Part shown: positions 29,194-38,597 of the stretch, in pieces
Layout: each line of letters starts with the position of its first letter
Numbering within the stretch: position 1 is the stretch's first letter
Source: an uncultured bacterium
GTDB taxonomy: Bacteria > Bacillota > Clostridia > Oscillospirales > Oscillospiraceae
Length of the DNA stretch: 64,000 bases
Assembly (NCBI GenBank): GCA_947564255.1
Contig: CANOBV010000001.1
Span: forward strand, 5,404 to 69,403
Direction of reading: 5' to 3'
Position numbers and translations under genes: made by a program
The notes under the pieces: model-generated
Told to the model about the DNA's origin: nothing
The model's database searches: none
Seen by the model: the letters and a program-made list of their open reading frames with translations, nothing else

Positions 29194-31671
29194 TTAAGCC
29201 TTTTTGATGTACTGCGCGCTGGTTTTCAGCATCAGCCGCTTGTTTCCCACCCCGTCGAAGGCGATTTCCAGCAGTACGTCGCCCCCCATCTTTTGGGCGG
29301 ACAGCACCATGCCCCGGCCAAAAGCCTTGTGCTCCAGCATATCCCCCTTCCGGTACTCCGGCAGGGCGGGGCCGGGCTCGGACAGGGCGGAACGGAACAC
29401 GGGCCTGGAGGCGGTTTTCTGCGGCCGGCCGGGAGTGTAGGTGTTCCGGCGCTCCCCAGCCCCGTAGGCGGGGCGGTAGGGCTCCCGGTAGGTGGACACC
29501 CGGGGGGTCTGGTCGAATTCGTCCCAGCCCTCCTCCGCGGGCGCGGGGTCCAGATAGGACCGCCCGGACTGGTCCAGCAGTTCCGCCGGAATCTCCCCCG
29601 CAAACCGGGAGGGCCGGTTATTGCTGGTGCGGCCGAAGAGCATCCGCTGGCCGGCGCAGGTGAGGTAGAGCCGTTCCTTGGCCCGGGTCAGCGCCACGTA
29701 GCACAGCCGCCGCTCCTCCTCCATCTCCTCCGCCTCGCCGATGGCCCGGATGCCGGGGAAGATGCCCTCCTCCATGCCCACCACGAACACCGTGGGGAAC
29801 TCCAGCCCCTTGGCGGAGTGCATGGTCATCATCACCACCGCGTCCTCGTCGGGGTCGTGGCTGTCCAGGTCGGTGTACAGGGCGATCTCGTCCAGAAAGC
29901 CTGCCAGGGTGGGCTCCCCCTCGGCGTTGTCCACGTAGCCCTTGATGGAGGTGAGCAGCTCCCGCACGTTCTCCAGCCGGGTGCGGCTCTCGATGTCGTT
30001 TTTGGCCTGAAGCATGGCGGCGTAGCCCGTCCGGGCCGCCACCTCCTCGTAAAAGTTTTCCAGGTCTAGAGTATAGGACAGCTCTGTCAGCCCGTCCACC
30101 ATGGCCGCGAACTGGCCCAGCTTTCCCGCCGCCTTTTGCAGCTCGGGGTAGTCCTTGGCGTTGGAGACCACCTCCCACAGGGACAGGCCGTTTTGCGCGG
30201 CGATGGACCGGGCCCGCTCCACGGTGGCGGGGCCGATGCCCCGGGGCGGGTTGTTGATGATTCGGGTGAGGCGCAGGTCGTCGGCGCGGTTCTGGATAAC
30301 GCACAGGTAGGCCAGCATGTCCTTCACCTCCGCCCGGTCGAAAAACCGGGTGCCGCCGATCACCTTATAGGGGATGCCGCTTCTTTTGAACGCCACCTCC
30401 AGCTGGTTGGACTGGGCGTTCATCCGGTAGAGGACGGCGTGGGTGTTCCACTTGACCCCGGCGTGGTAGTCCTGCATCAGCTTGTCCGCCACAAACCGGG
30501 CCTCGTCGTTCTCGTTCATGGCGGTGTAGAGGGACACCTTCTCCCCCGGCGCTCCCGCCGTCCACAGCTCCTTGCCCTTGCGGCCCTGGTTGTGCCGGAT
30601 GACGGCGTTGGCCGCGTCCAGGATGTTTTTGGTGGAGCGGTAGTTCTGCTCCAGCCGGATGGTGCGGCAGCCCTTGTACTGTTCCTCGAAGGACAGGATG
30701 TTCTCAATGGTGGCGCCCCGGAAGCGGTAGATGGACTGGTCGTCGTCCCCCACCACGCAGATGTTTTCCCGTCCCCCGGCCAGCAGGGAGGCCAGGAGGT
30801 ATTGCAGGTTGTTGGTGTCCTGGTACTCGTCGATGAGCACGTAGCGGAATTTTTTTTGATAATATGTCAGAACGTCATCGTGCTTCTGGAGCAGACGGAC
30901 GGTGTGGAGGATGATATCGTCGAAGTCCAGCGCCCCGGCCTCCCACAGCCGCTTTTCGTATTCCGTGTACAGCCGGGCGATTTTCTGCAGGCGAAAGTCC
31001 CCGGACTTGTCCGCCTCCTCGGTGAAGTCCCGGGCCAGCTGGAGCTTATCCTTGGCCCTGGAGATGGTCCCCAGCACCGAGCGGGAGGGGAACTGCTTGT
31101 CGTCGAAACTCAGGGCCCGGACGCAATCCTTCATCACCCGCAGGGAGTCGTCGGTGTCGTAGATGGTGAAGGAGGAGGGAAAGCCCAGCTTCTCGATGTC
31201 CCGGCGCAGGATGCGCACGCAGGCGGAGTGGAAGGTGGAGGCCCACACGTCGCGGGCGGCGGGGCCCAACATCTTCTCCAGCCGGTCCTTCAGTTCCCCG
31301 GCGGCCTTGTTGGTGAAGGTGATGGCAATGATGGTCCAGGGGGGAGCGGGGTCCAGGGCGCACAGCCGGTCCGCCTGGAGACGGCCTTCTTTGACGGGGT
31401 GCGCGGCGTATTGGGCCAGGAAATCCAAATCCTGTTCCGCCGCCCACTCGGGCACCTCCAGGCAGTCCGACCCCCGGCCATACCGGATCAGGTTGGCCAC
31501 CCGGTGGATGAGCACGGTGGTCTTGCCCGACCCCGCCCCCGCCAGCAGCAGCAGCGGGCCCTCGGTGGCCAGCACCGCCTTGCGCTGTTCGGGGTTGAGG
31601 TTCTGATAGTTCTGGCCGATGACCTCCCGGCGGAGGCGGCAGAATTCCAGCGACTGTTCCGGCGTCAGCAT
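29194..31671 (-). CDS. pcrA: ATP-dependent DNA helicase PcrA/UvrD
   Basis: LAGAGSGKT, ITFTNKAA, IDEYQDTN, VGDDDQSIY, MTMHSAKGLEF, EEERRLCYVALTRA, C-terminal Tudor-like domain. Confidence 0.95.
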   Translation of the reverse strand: MLTPEQSLEFCRLRREVIGQNYQNLNPEQRKAVLATEGPLLLLAGAGSGKTTVLIHRVANLIRYGRGSDCLEVPEWAAEQDLDFLAQYAAHPVKEGRLQADRLCALDPAPPWTIIAITFTNKAAGELKDRLEKMLGPAARDVWASTFHSACVRILRRDIEKLGFPSSFTIYDTDDSLRVMKDCVRALSFDDKQFPSRSVLGTISRAKDKLQLARDFTEEADKSGDFRLQKIARLYTEYEKRLWEAGALDFDDIILHTVRLLQKHDDVLTYYQKKFRYVLIDEYQDTNNLQYLLASLLAGGRENICVVGDDDQSIYRFRGATIENILSFEEQYKGCRTIRLEQNYRSTKNILDAANAVIRHNQGRKGKELWTAGAPGEKVSLYTAMNENDEARFVADKLMQDYHAGVKWNTHAVLYRMNAQSNQLEVAFKRSGIPYKVIGGTRFFDRAEVKDMLAYLCVIQNRADDLRLTRIINNPPRGIGPATVERARSIAAQNGLSLWEVVSNAKDYPELQKAAGKLGQFAAMVDGLTELSYTLDLENFYEEVAARTGYAAMLQAKNDIESRTRLENVRELLTSIKGYVDNAEGEPTLAGFLDEIALYTDLDSHDPDEDAVVMMTMHSAKGLEFPTVFVVGMEEGIFPGIRAIGEAEEMEEERRLCYVALTRAKERLYLTCAGQRMLFGRTSNNRPSRFAGEIPAELLDQSGRSYLDPAPAEEGWDEFDQTPRVSTYREPYRPAYGAGERRNTYTPGRPQKTASRPVFRSALSEPGPALPEYRKGDMLEHKAFGRGMVLSAQKMGGDVLLEIAFDGVGNKRLMLKTSAQYIKKA

Positions 31672-31800
31672 GTATATCAGTCCTTTTCGTCAAGTAGAAG
31701 CATTATATCAGACGGCGGCGGAAAAGTACAGAGGCGTTCTGTTGCCAGAAAGGGACCTGCGTGATAAAATGGATGCAAAACAACTGTGGGAGGATTGACA

Positions 31801-32271
31801 ATGGATCAGATATCGCTGTGCGTCATGACGCGGGAGCTCTGCCATCAGCTGTATCAGGGCTGGGAAAACGACCCGGCCATCTATATGGATATGGGCCAGT
31901 TCTCGCCCTATCGCTACAGCAGAGAGGCGGTAGACCGGTATTTTGATGCGAAGCAGGCTCCGGACCGCATTCTCTTTGCCATTTTGAGGGACGGCGCACC
32001 GGTGGGGGAGCTGCATTTGAAGCAGATCGACCAGGAGAAAAAGGAGTGCGTCCTCAGCGTCCACATGCAGAACGACGCGGTAAAGGGTCGGGGCTATGGC
32101 ACGCAGGCGGAACGGCTGGCTCTCCGGTACGCCTTTGACGTTCTGGATATGGCGGCGGTCAATGCGGACACCGTGGTCAAAAACACCCGCAGCCAGCACA
32201 TACTGGAGAAGCTGGGCTTTCAGCACATCAGGGACGAGGGGGATTTTCGATATTACCGGTATCAGCGGTAA
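31801..32271 (+). CDS. GNAT family N-acetyltransferase (RimJ/RimL-like)
   Basis: KGRGYGT acetyl-CoA motif, NTRSQHILEKLGF; RBS GGAGG. Confidence 0.85.
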   Translation: MDQISLCVMTRELCHQLYQGWENDPAIYMDMGQFSPYRYSREAVDRYFDAKQAPDRILFAILRDGAPVGELHLKQIDQEKKECVLSVHMQNDAVKGRGYGTQAERLALRYAFDVLDMAAVNADTVVKNTRSQHILEKLGFQHIRDEGDFRYYRYQR

Positions 32272-32273
32272 TA

Positions 32274-32309
32274 GGGAGAGCGCCGGGGCCTATGGCCCCG
32301 GCGCTCTCT
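32274..32309. terminator. Hairpin between convergent genes, probable terminator
   Basis: GAGAGCGCCGGGGCC-TAT-GGCCCCGGCGCTCTC; weak U-tract. Confidence 0.55.
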
Positions 32310-32327
32310 GTATTCATGATTAAGTAA

Positions 32328-33128
32328 TCATACACCCTGCTCCAGCAGGGCCCTGAGCCGGCGGCAGCGCTGCTGGCAGGCGTCGGCCAGCTCGCCGTAC
32401 AGCTCCAGCATATCCTGGTCGTCCCAGTCGTCCGCCGCCAGCCGGAAATCGTTTTCCTGCCGCTGTTCCGCCTGATGGCGGCTGCGCAGCGCCCCCCAGT
32501 AGGACGGAATGGCCGGGGTCCCCAGCAGTTCCGTGGGCCAGTACCGCAGCCCGGTGAGGAGAAAGTAGGCCGCCGCCAGCTTCCTGGCGTGCTTGTGCAG
32601 CTCTCCCGCCAGGCTGTTTAGTACCCGCTGGTCCGTGCCCCGGGCCCGGCGGGCCAGGTAGCGGTAGAACTGCCAGCCCTCCAGCGCGTCCATCACGTGG
32701 CGGCGCAGCCGGGCGGTGCGGTCGCCCGCGGGCTGGGGTTCCTCCCACAGCGGGGGCAGGTCGCCGCCCCAGCCGCTGCCGTTCTGCGGAGGCAGCCCCT
32801 GGCCGGACGGACCGCGTTGGCTGGGCGGTTCCGGGGCGGGAGCTTCCTCCGGCGGGAACTGTTCGGGTGCCGGGGCGCTTTGGGCGCCGTCCTCCTCTGG
32901 AGCGGGTTGAGCGGGACGGGACGGCTCCTCCCGGCGGACGCATTCCGGGGGCAGGCCGTCCCCGTCTTGGCGGAGCAGCGCTTTCAGGCACTCGCAGGAT
33001 ATGTCCCCTCCGCCGGAAGGGGCGGGCTGGATGGGGCTGCCCGCTTCGGACCGGCCGGCCATCACCCGCTGCCATACCCGCTGGAACACCTCCTGGTCCT
33101 TCACCGGGCATGGGATGATATCTTCCAT
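32328..33128 (-). CDS. Hypothetical protein with Pro-rich linker and C-terminal ferritin-like domain (possibly sporulation related)
   Basis: RBS AAAGGAGGTG; N-terminal FQRVWQRVM; C-terminal helices ...WQFYRYLA...ELHKHARKLAAAYFLLTG. Confidence 0.7.
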   Translation of the reverse strand: MEDIIPCPVKDQEVFQRVWQRVMAGRSEAGSPIQPAPSGGGDISCECLKALLRQDGDGLPPECVRREEPSRPAQPAPEEDGAQSAPAPEQFPPEEAPAPEPPSQRGPSGQGLPPQNGSGWGGDLPPLWEEPQPAGDRTARLRRHVMDALEGWQFYRYLARRARGTDQRVLNSLAGELHKHARKLAAAYFLLTGLRYWPTELLGTPAIPSYWGALRSRHQAEQRQENDFRLAADDWDDQDMLELYGELADACQQRCRRLRALLEQGV

Positions 33129-33181
33129 GTTCACACCTCCTTTGCCCCACATTCTATGTGGGAGGGGAGGGTTTTGCCAAT

Positions 33182-33826
33182 CTATAGCTGACTATATTCC
33201 TGAAGCAGCTCCTCAAAGGAGCGGACATACCAGGAGCACACCGATTTCAGTTCCTCCTGCCGGGCCTCGTAGTAAGCGTCGTACACTCCGGCGGCGGACA
33301 TGCCCGCCTTCACCGCGGTGGCGCAGTTGTCCGGGCTGTCGTCAAAGAGGGTGCAGTGCTCCGGCGGTACGTCCAACAGCTCGCTCAGCCGCAGAAAGCA
33401 CCGGGGGTCCCGCTTTTCCAGCCCGAGCTCCTCGGCGAAAACGATGGGGCGGAACAGGCCGGTCAGATGGAAGCGGTCCAGCGCCGCCCGGCACATGGCG
33501 GGACGGCAGGCGGTGAACAGGGCCATGGGGCGGCCTTGGGCCGCGCACTGGCGCAAAAAGGCCTCCGCTCCCGGCTTCAGCGGAGCCAGTTCCCGGTAGT
33601 GGCGCTCCGCCAGACGGTCCCACTCCGCCATGATGTCCTCCGGGGACTCAGGCAGGTGGTAATATTCCTTGGTGAACCGGGCCGCGATGGGGGCAATGGA
33701 CCGCTCCACCATCCGTTGGTACTCCGGGGTGTGGGGCAGGTTCCGGCGGGCCAGAAATTCCAGGTCTACGTTCTGCCAGACGCCGTTGGTGTCGGTGATG
33801 GTGCCGTCCAGGTCGAATATGTACAT
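33182..33826 (-). CDS. HAD-superfamily phosphatase
   Basis: YIFDLDGT motif I, K in LEKRDP, LFDDS motif IV; RBS AAGGAG. Confidence 0.88.
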   Translation of the reverse strand: MYIFDLDGTITDTNGVWQNVDLEFLARRNLPHTPEYQRMVERSIAPIAARFTKEYYHLPESPEDIMAEWDRLAERHYRELAPLKPGAEAFLRQCAAQGRPMALFTACRPAMCRAALDRFHLTGLFRPIVFAEELGLEKRDPRCFLRLSELLDVPPEHCTLFDDSPDNCATAVKAGMSAAGVYDAYYEARQEELKSVCSWYVRSFEELLQEYSQL

Positions 33827-33905
33827 CAAATCAGCTCCTTAAGCGCTTTTAAGCATACCAGACCGGGGCGGGTTTGGCAAGTCCCCGGTATTTTTCCTCC
33901 CGACA

Positions 33906-33934
33906 TTGACTTGTCCCCCTATTGCGGATAAAAT
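33906..33934 (+). promoter_or_regulatory. sigma-A promoter for comEC-holA-rnmV
   Basis: TTGACT-17 bp-TAAAAT. Confidence 0.65.
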
Positions 33935-33966
33935 AGAGGGAACGGTTCTGAAAGGAGGGGGCGGAC

Positions 33967-36345
33967 ATGCGGAAACTGGTCTGGTTTTCCGGGGGCTTCG
34001 CCGCCGCCTGCCTGTGGGCGTGCTATTTTGAGCCGGGTCCCGTTCCGATTCTGGCGGCCGCCGTTCTGCTGGGGCTGGTTCTGGCGGTCTGGCTGTCTGC
34101 CCGGCCCGGAGAAAACGAACGCCCCATAGCTCTGCGCCGCCCGAAGGACAAAAGGCCGCTGTCCCGGTATGCCCGCTATCAGATTTCCCGGCGTGCCCTG
34201 GCCCTGTGCCTGGGCGGCGCGGCCGCGCTGGGGTGGTCGGCTGTCTACTTTGCCCTGTTCCGGGCCCCGGCGGAGAGCTGGGTGGGGGAGGACGTGCCTG
34301 TCTGCGGCGAGGTGTCCTCCTATCCCGTACCCACCTCCATCGGCGGGTACTCGGTGACGGTCCGGCTGGAGGGAGGCTTTTCTGCCCCGGATGTCCTGGC
34401 CTACGGTCCGGCGGACTGGGAAAACTTGAAGCCCGGGGATAAGCTCTCGTGTACTGCCCGGGTGAAGCCCGCCACCCACGCCTATGGCGATGAGACCACC
34501 TACTACACCGCCAAAGGCGTGTACCTGCTGGCCTACTGCGGCGGCGAAACGGAAATTGAGCCCGCCGGCCGGGTTCCCCTCCGGCACTGGCCCGCCCTGT
34601 GCGCCCATGAGCTCAAGGCGGGGATATACGCCGCCTTTGACGAGACGGCCGCGCCCATTGCCGCCGCCGTCACCCTGGGGGACAAAACCGGGCTGGACGC
34701 TGCCTTGTACTCCGCGTTCAACCGGGCGGGGCTGATGCACGCCGCGGTGGTGTCCGGCTTCCACATCAGTTTTCTGGTCCAAATGGCGCTGGCCCTGTGC
34801 GGCCGCCGCCGGAAAACAGCCCTGCTCCTGCTGCCTCTGCTGGTGTTTTACGCCCTTATGGCCGGAGGCACCCCGTCGGCGTTCCGGGCGGTGGTCATGC
34901 AGAGCGCTTTGCTGTTTGCCCCCATCGCCCAACGGGAGGAGGACGCCCCCTCCGCCCTGGGGCTGGCCCTGCTGATTCTGCTGGTCCAAAATCCCTTTGC
35001 CGCCGCCAGCGTGGGTTTGCAGCTGTCTTTTGCCTCGGTGGCGGGTATCCTCCTGGCGGCTGAGCCCTTGTTTCGCCGGATGTACAAGCCCCTCAAAAAA
35101 AAGCGCCCGGCCAAGGGGCAGAGGGCAGGGCTCCTGCTGTGGAGAGCAGGCCGAGTCGTCCTCACCAGCGTGTCCACATCCCTGGGGGCCATGCTGTTCA
35201 CCACTCCGCTGATCGCCCTCTATTTCGGGCAGATTCTGATTTTGTCGCCCCTGTCCAATGTGCTGGTCCTCTGGGCGCTGAGCCTGCTGATGATGTGCGG
35301 GCTGGTTTTGGGGACGGCCGGTGTTTTTCTGCCCGGCCCCGCCGCCCTGATGGGAGCCGCCGCCGGACTGCCGGGGCATTATGCCCGGTGGGCGGCGCAG
35401 CTGCTGGGAAAATTTCCCTTTGCCAGTCTCAGCGCGGACAACACGTACTGCCTCATCTGGCTGGCGGGAGTGTATCTGGTTCTGCTGGCGGCGGTTTTGG
35501 GAAAAGAGCGCCCCAAACGGCCCCTGGTTTCGGCGGGAGCGCTGGCCGTTCTGCTGTGTGCCGCCATTGGCCTGGGGCGGCTGGAGGTGGAGTCCGCCGA
35601 TTTGACCGCCGCCGCCCTGGACGTGGGCCAGGGCTCGGCCACCGCCCTGCTGTCCGGCGGCAGGGCGGCCCTGGTGGACTGCGGCGGCAGCGGTTCCCGG
35701 AGCGCCGGGGATGTGGCGGCGGATTATTTCGCCGCTATGGGCCGCACCCGGCTGGACGTCCTGGTCCTCACCCATTTCGACGCGGACCATTTCAACGGGG
35801 TGGAACAGCTCTTCTACCGGATGAGGGTGGACCGGGTGGCCGTCCCAGCGGGGGATGCCGACCCGGAAAACCTGGCCCGGCTGCGGCTGCTGGCCCAGGC
35901 GGAGGGGGCGGAGGTAATTCTGGCGGACGAGACAAAAACACTGTCCCTGGGCGGCGCGGACCTGACGCTGTTCCCGCCCCTGGGCGGAGGCGCCTCCAAT
36001 GAGTCCGGGCTGTTCGCCCTGTGCTCCCATGGGGATTTCGATGTGCTTATCACCGGAGACGCCGACGCTTTTGTGGAAAAAATGCTGGTGAAGTACCGGC
36101 CCATCCCGGACATTGAGGTGCTGCTGGCGGGGCACCACGGCTCCAAAAACTCAAGCTGCGCCGAATTCCTCAGCGCCGTTGCCCCAGAGGTGGCGCTCAT
36201 TTCCGCGGGAGCCAACAACTCCTATGGGCACCCCGCGCCGGAAACGCTGGACCGGTTCGCGGCCATCGGTTCGGAGGTCCACCGCACCGACCGGGAAGGG
36301 ACAGTCTGCGTCACTGTGCGGGGCGGGGCCGTGGGGATACGCTAA
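33967..36345 (+). CDS. comEC: DNA internalisation competence protein ComEC/Rec2
   Basis: GLMHAAVVSGFHI, PSAFRA, GLQLSF, DVGQG, THFDADH, GHHGS, NSYGHP. Confidence 0.92.
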   Translation: MRKLVWFSGGFAAACLWACYFEPGPVPILAAAVLLGLVLAVWLSARPGENERPIALRRPKDKRPLSRYARYQISRRALALCLGGAAALGWSAVYFALFRAPAESWVGEDVPVCGEVSSYPVPTSIGGYSVTVRLEGGFSAPDVLAYGPADWENLKPGDKLSCTARVKPATHAYGDETTYYTAKGVYLLAYCGGETEIEPAGRVPLRHWPALCAHELKAGIYAAFDETAAPIAAAVTLGDKTGLDAALYSAFNRAGLMHAAVVSGFHISFLVQMALALCGRRRKTALLLLPLLVFYALMAGGTPSAFRAVVMQSALLFAPIAQREEDAPSALGLALLILLVQNPFAAASVGLQLSFASVAGILLAAEPLFRRMYKPLKKKRPAKGQRAGLLLWRAGRVVLTSVSTSLGAMLFTTPLIALYFGQILILSPLSNVLVLWALSLLMMCGLVLGTAGVFLPGPAALMGAAAGLPGHYARWAAQLLGKFPFASLSADNTYCLIWLAGVYLVLLAAVLGKERPKRPLVSAGALAVLLCAAIGLGRLEVESADLTAAALDVGQGSATALLSGGRAALVDCGGSGSRSAGDVAADYFAAMGRTRLDVLVLTHFDADHFNGVEQLFYRMRVDRVAVPAGDADPENLARLRLLAQAEGAEVILADETKTLSLGGADLTLFPPLGGGASNESGLFALCSHGDFDVLITGDADAFVEKMLVKYRPIPDIEVLLAGHHGSKNSSCAEFLSAVAPEVALISAGANNSYGHPAPETLDRFAAIGSEVHRTDREGTVCVTVRGGAVGIR

Positions 36346-36507
36346 GAACCTGTATTCACAACCTCAATCCACCGTCTGGATGGGTCTTTTCCTGTGATGC
36401 TTCGCTGTGATTTCTTGAAACAAACACAATTATTCCGGCGAAATCCCGCCTCGCCTGACAGGAAAAGCCCTCGTCCATCCGGCGGTTTCAGCTGTGAATA
36501 CAGGTTC
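36346..36507. mobile_element. Non-autonomous MITE-like element, 162 bp
   Basis: 15-bp perfect terminal inverted repeats GAACCTGTATTCACA / TGTGAATACAGGTTC flanked by TAA on both sides (36343-36345, 36508-36510); nested internal inverted repeats. Confidence 0.75.
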
Positions 36508-36533
36508 TAAAACAGATGAAACGGGGGAGCGCT

Positions 36534-37589
36534 ATGCCGCCCAAAAAGAAGAAAACCGACAACACCGCCATGCGCGAGCTGAAACAGGATTTGAAAACGG
36601 GCACGCCCAAGCGCCTGTACCTGTTCCATGGGGAGGAAGCTTTCCTCCGGGACTACTACCTGGGAAAGCTGAAGGAGGCGGTTCTGCCCGCCGGGCTGGA
36701 GGAGTTCAATCTCCATGCCGCCAAGGGGAAGGAGTGTTCGGTGGAGTGGATTGCCCAGGCGGTGGACTGCCTGCCCATGATGAGCGGGCGCACCCTGGTG
36801 CTGGCCACCGACTTCGACCTGTTCGGCCAGGGGGAACGGGCCCGGGAGCGGCTGCTGGAGATTTTATCCGCCCTGCCGGATTACTGCACGCTGGTATTTG
36901 TGTACGACCTGCTGCCCTATAAGGCGGACGGGCGGTCCAAGCTGGCCGCCTTGCTGAGCCGGGAGGGGACGGTGGTGGATTTCCAGCGGCAGGAGCAGGG
37001 GGACCTCACCGACTGGATCTGCCGCCAGTTCAAAAAGGCGGGCAAAACCGTGGACACGGAGGACGCCCGGTATCTCATTTTCCTGTGCGGCGACCTGATG
37101 CACGATTTGGCCGCAGAGATCGGCAAGGCGGCGGCTTTTGCCTCCGCCCCGAGGGTCACGCGGGGGGACATCGACGCGGTGGCCGTGCCCAAGACGGAGG
37201 CGGTGGTGTTCCAGATGACCGACGCCCTGGCCCGGAAGGATTTCGACAAGTCGGCGTCGGTGCTGGCCGACCTGCTCCACAGCCAGGAATCGTCCATCAT
37301 GATCTTGTCCGTCATGGGCAAGTACTTCCGGCAGCTGTACACCGCGCGGCTGTACCTGGACGCGGGGAAGGGGCGCGGCGATTTTATGGAGCTGTGGGGC
37401 ATGAAGTCCGGTTATCAGGCGGACAAGCTGCTGGACGCCGCCCGGCGCTTCCCGCTGCCCTGGTGCCGATATGCGGTGCGGCGGTGCGCCCAGACGGATA
37501 TTTTGCTCAAAAGCTCCTATGGCCGGGAGGGGGAGGTCCTCACCGCCCTGCTGATGGAGCTGGCCTCCGGCGGGAGGGCGGCGGTATGA
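36534..37589 (+). CDS. holA: DNA polymerase III delta subunit
   Basis: LYLFHGEEAFL, LPMMSGRTLV, VFQMTDAL; comEC-holA synteny. Confidence 0.88.
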   Translation: MPPKKKKTDNTAMRELKQDLKTGTPKRLYLFHGEEAFLRDYYLGKLKEAVLPAGLEEFNLHAAKGKECSVEWIAQAVDCLPMMSGRTLVLATDFDLFGQGERARERLLEILSALPDYCTLVFVYDLLPYKADGRSKLAALLSREGTVVDFQRQEQGDLTDWICRQFKKAGKTVDTEDARYLIFLCGDLMHDLAAEIGKAAAFASAPRVTRGDIDAVAVPKTEAVVFQMTDALARKDFDKSASVLADLLHSQESSIMILSVMGKYFRQLYTARLYLDAGKGRGDFMELWGMKSGYQADKLLDAARRFPLPWCRYAVRRCAQTDILLKSSYGREGEVLTALLMELASGGRAAV

Positions 37590-38188
37590 GCGCGCCCCTG
37601 CGCATCCGCGAGGCCGTGGTGGTGGAGGGCCGGTACGACAAGGCGGCCTTGGCCGGAGTGGTGGACACCCTCATCCTGGAGACGGCGGGCTTCGGCGTGT
37701 TCAAGGACGCCGAGCGGCTGGTCTTTCTGCGGAAGCTGGCGGCAAAGCGGGGACTTATCGTCCTCACCGACTCCGACGGGGCGGGGTTTGTCATCCGCAA
37801 TTACCTGAAGGGGGCCATCCCAAAGGGTCAGGTCAAGCACGCCTACATCCCCGACGTGTATGGCAAGGAGCGGCGCAAGCAGGCCCCCGGCAAAGAGGGC
37901 AAGCTGGGAGTGGAAGGGATGTCCCCCGATGTTTTGCGGGAGGCTGTTTTGCGCTCCGGGGCCACGGTGCTGGACGGGCACGCGCCGGAGCGGCCCCAGG
38001 GAGACCTGACCCCGGCGGACCTGTTCGCCCTGGGGCTGTCCGGCACAACCGACGCGGCGGCGCGGCGGGGGGAGCTGCTGAGACGGCTGGACCTGCCCGA
38101 GCACATGAGCGCCAAGGCCCTGCTGGCGGCGCTGAACGCGCTGTATACGCCCCGAGAGCTGGAGGAGCTGCTTGGGAGGCTATGTTGA
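37586..38188 (+). CDS. rnmV: Ribonuclease M5-like TOPRIM + DUF4093 protein
   Basis: VVVEGRYD, VLTDSDGAGFVIR, KLGVEG; ATGA overlap with holA. Confidence 0.82.
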   Translation: MSAPLRIREAVVVEGRYDKAALAGVVDTLILETAGFGVFKDAERLVFLRKLAAKRGLIVLTDSDGAGFVIRNYLKGAIPKGQVKHAYIPDVYGKERRKQAPGKEGKLGVEGMSPDVLREAVLRSGATVLDGHAPERPQGDLTPADLFALGLSGTTDAAARRGELLRRLDLPEHMSAKALLAALNALYTPRELEELLGRLC

Positions 38189-38200
38189 GGGGGGAGCTGT

Positions 38201-38539
38201 ATGAAGCACCTATACCGTTTCGCTGTGGCCCTGATTATTTTGGGATTTGTGGGAACCGCCGTGTTTCTTGTGCTGGCCCCAGACATCGTACCCGCCCATT
38301 ATAATTTCGCAGGGGAGGTAGATCGGATGGGCAGTAAATATGAATATGTCCTATTCCCTTTTGTCTCAGCGGGGTTGGGTATCATTTTTCTCTTGTTGGC
38401 AAAGCAGGCCCGAATTAAGAAGTGGGGGGACTGTACCTGGGTCGAGAAGATTTTCCTTTTTACAGCTATTGGTGAAATACTGCTGTTTCATAGTATGGCA
38501 GGAGACGCTATGTGGACAGCTGTACACTATTTGGGATAA
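38201..38539 (+). CDS. DUF1648-like membrane protein (SdpI-type N-terminal module)
   Basis: LAPDIVPAHYNFAGEVDRMGSK motif followed by TM helices; 3' half about 43-45% GC in the lines I counted. Confidence 0.7.
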   Translation: MKHLYRFAVALIILGFVGTAVFLVLAPDIVPAHYNFAGEVDRMGSKYEYVLFPFVSAGLGIIFLLLAKQARIKKWGDCTWVEKIFLFTAIGEILLFHSMAGDAMWTAVHYLG

Positions 38540-38556
38540 AAATAAAAGGTATTTAC

Positions 38557-38597
38557 AAGGCCGTGTGAAAACTCAAACGTTTTCACACGGCCTTTAT
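38557..38597 (+). terminator. Intrinsic terminator of the comEC-holA-rnmV unit
   Basis: AAGGCCGTGTGAAAAC-TCAAAC-GTTTTCACACGGCCTT followed by TAT. Confidence 0.7.
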
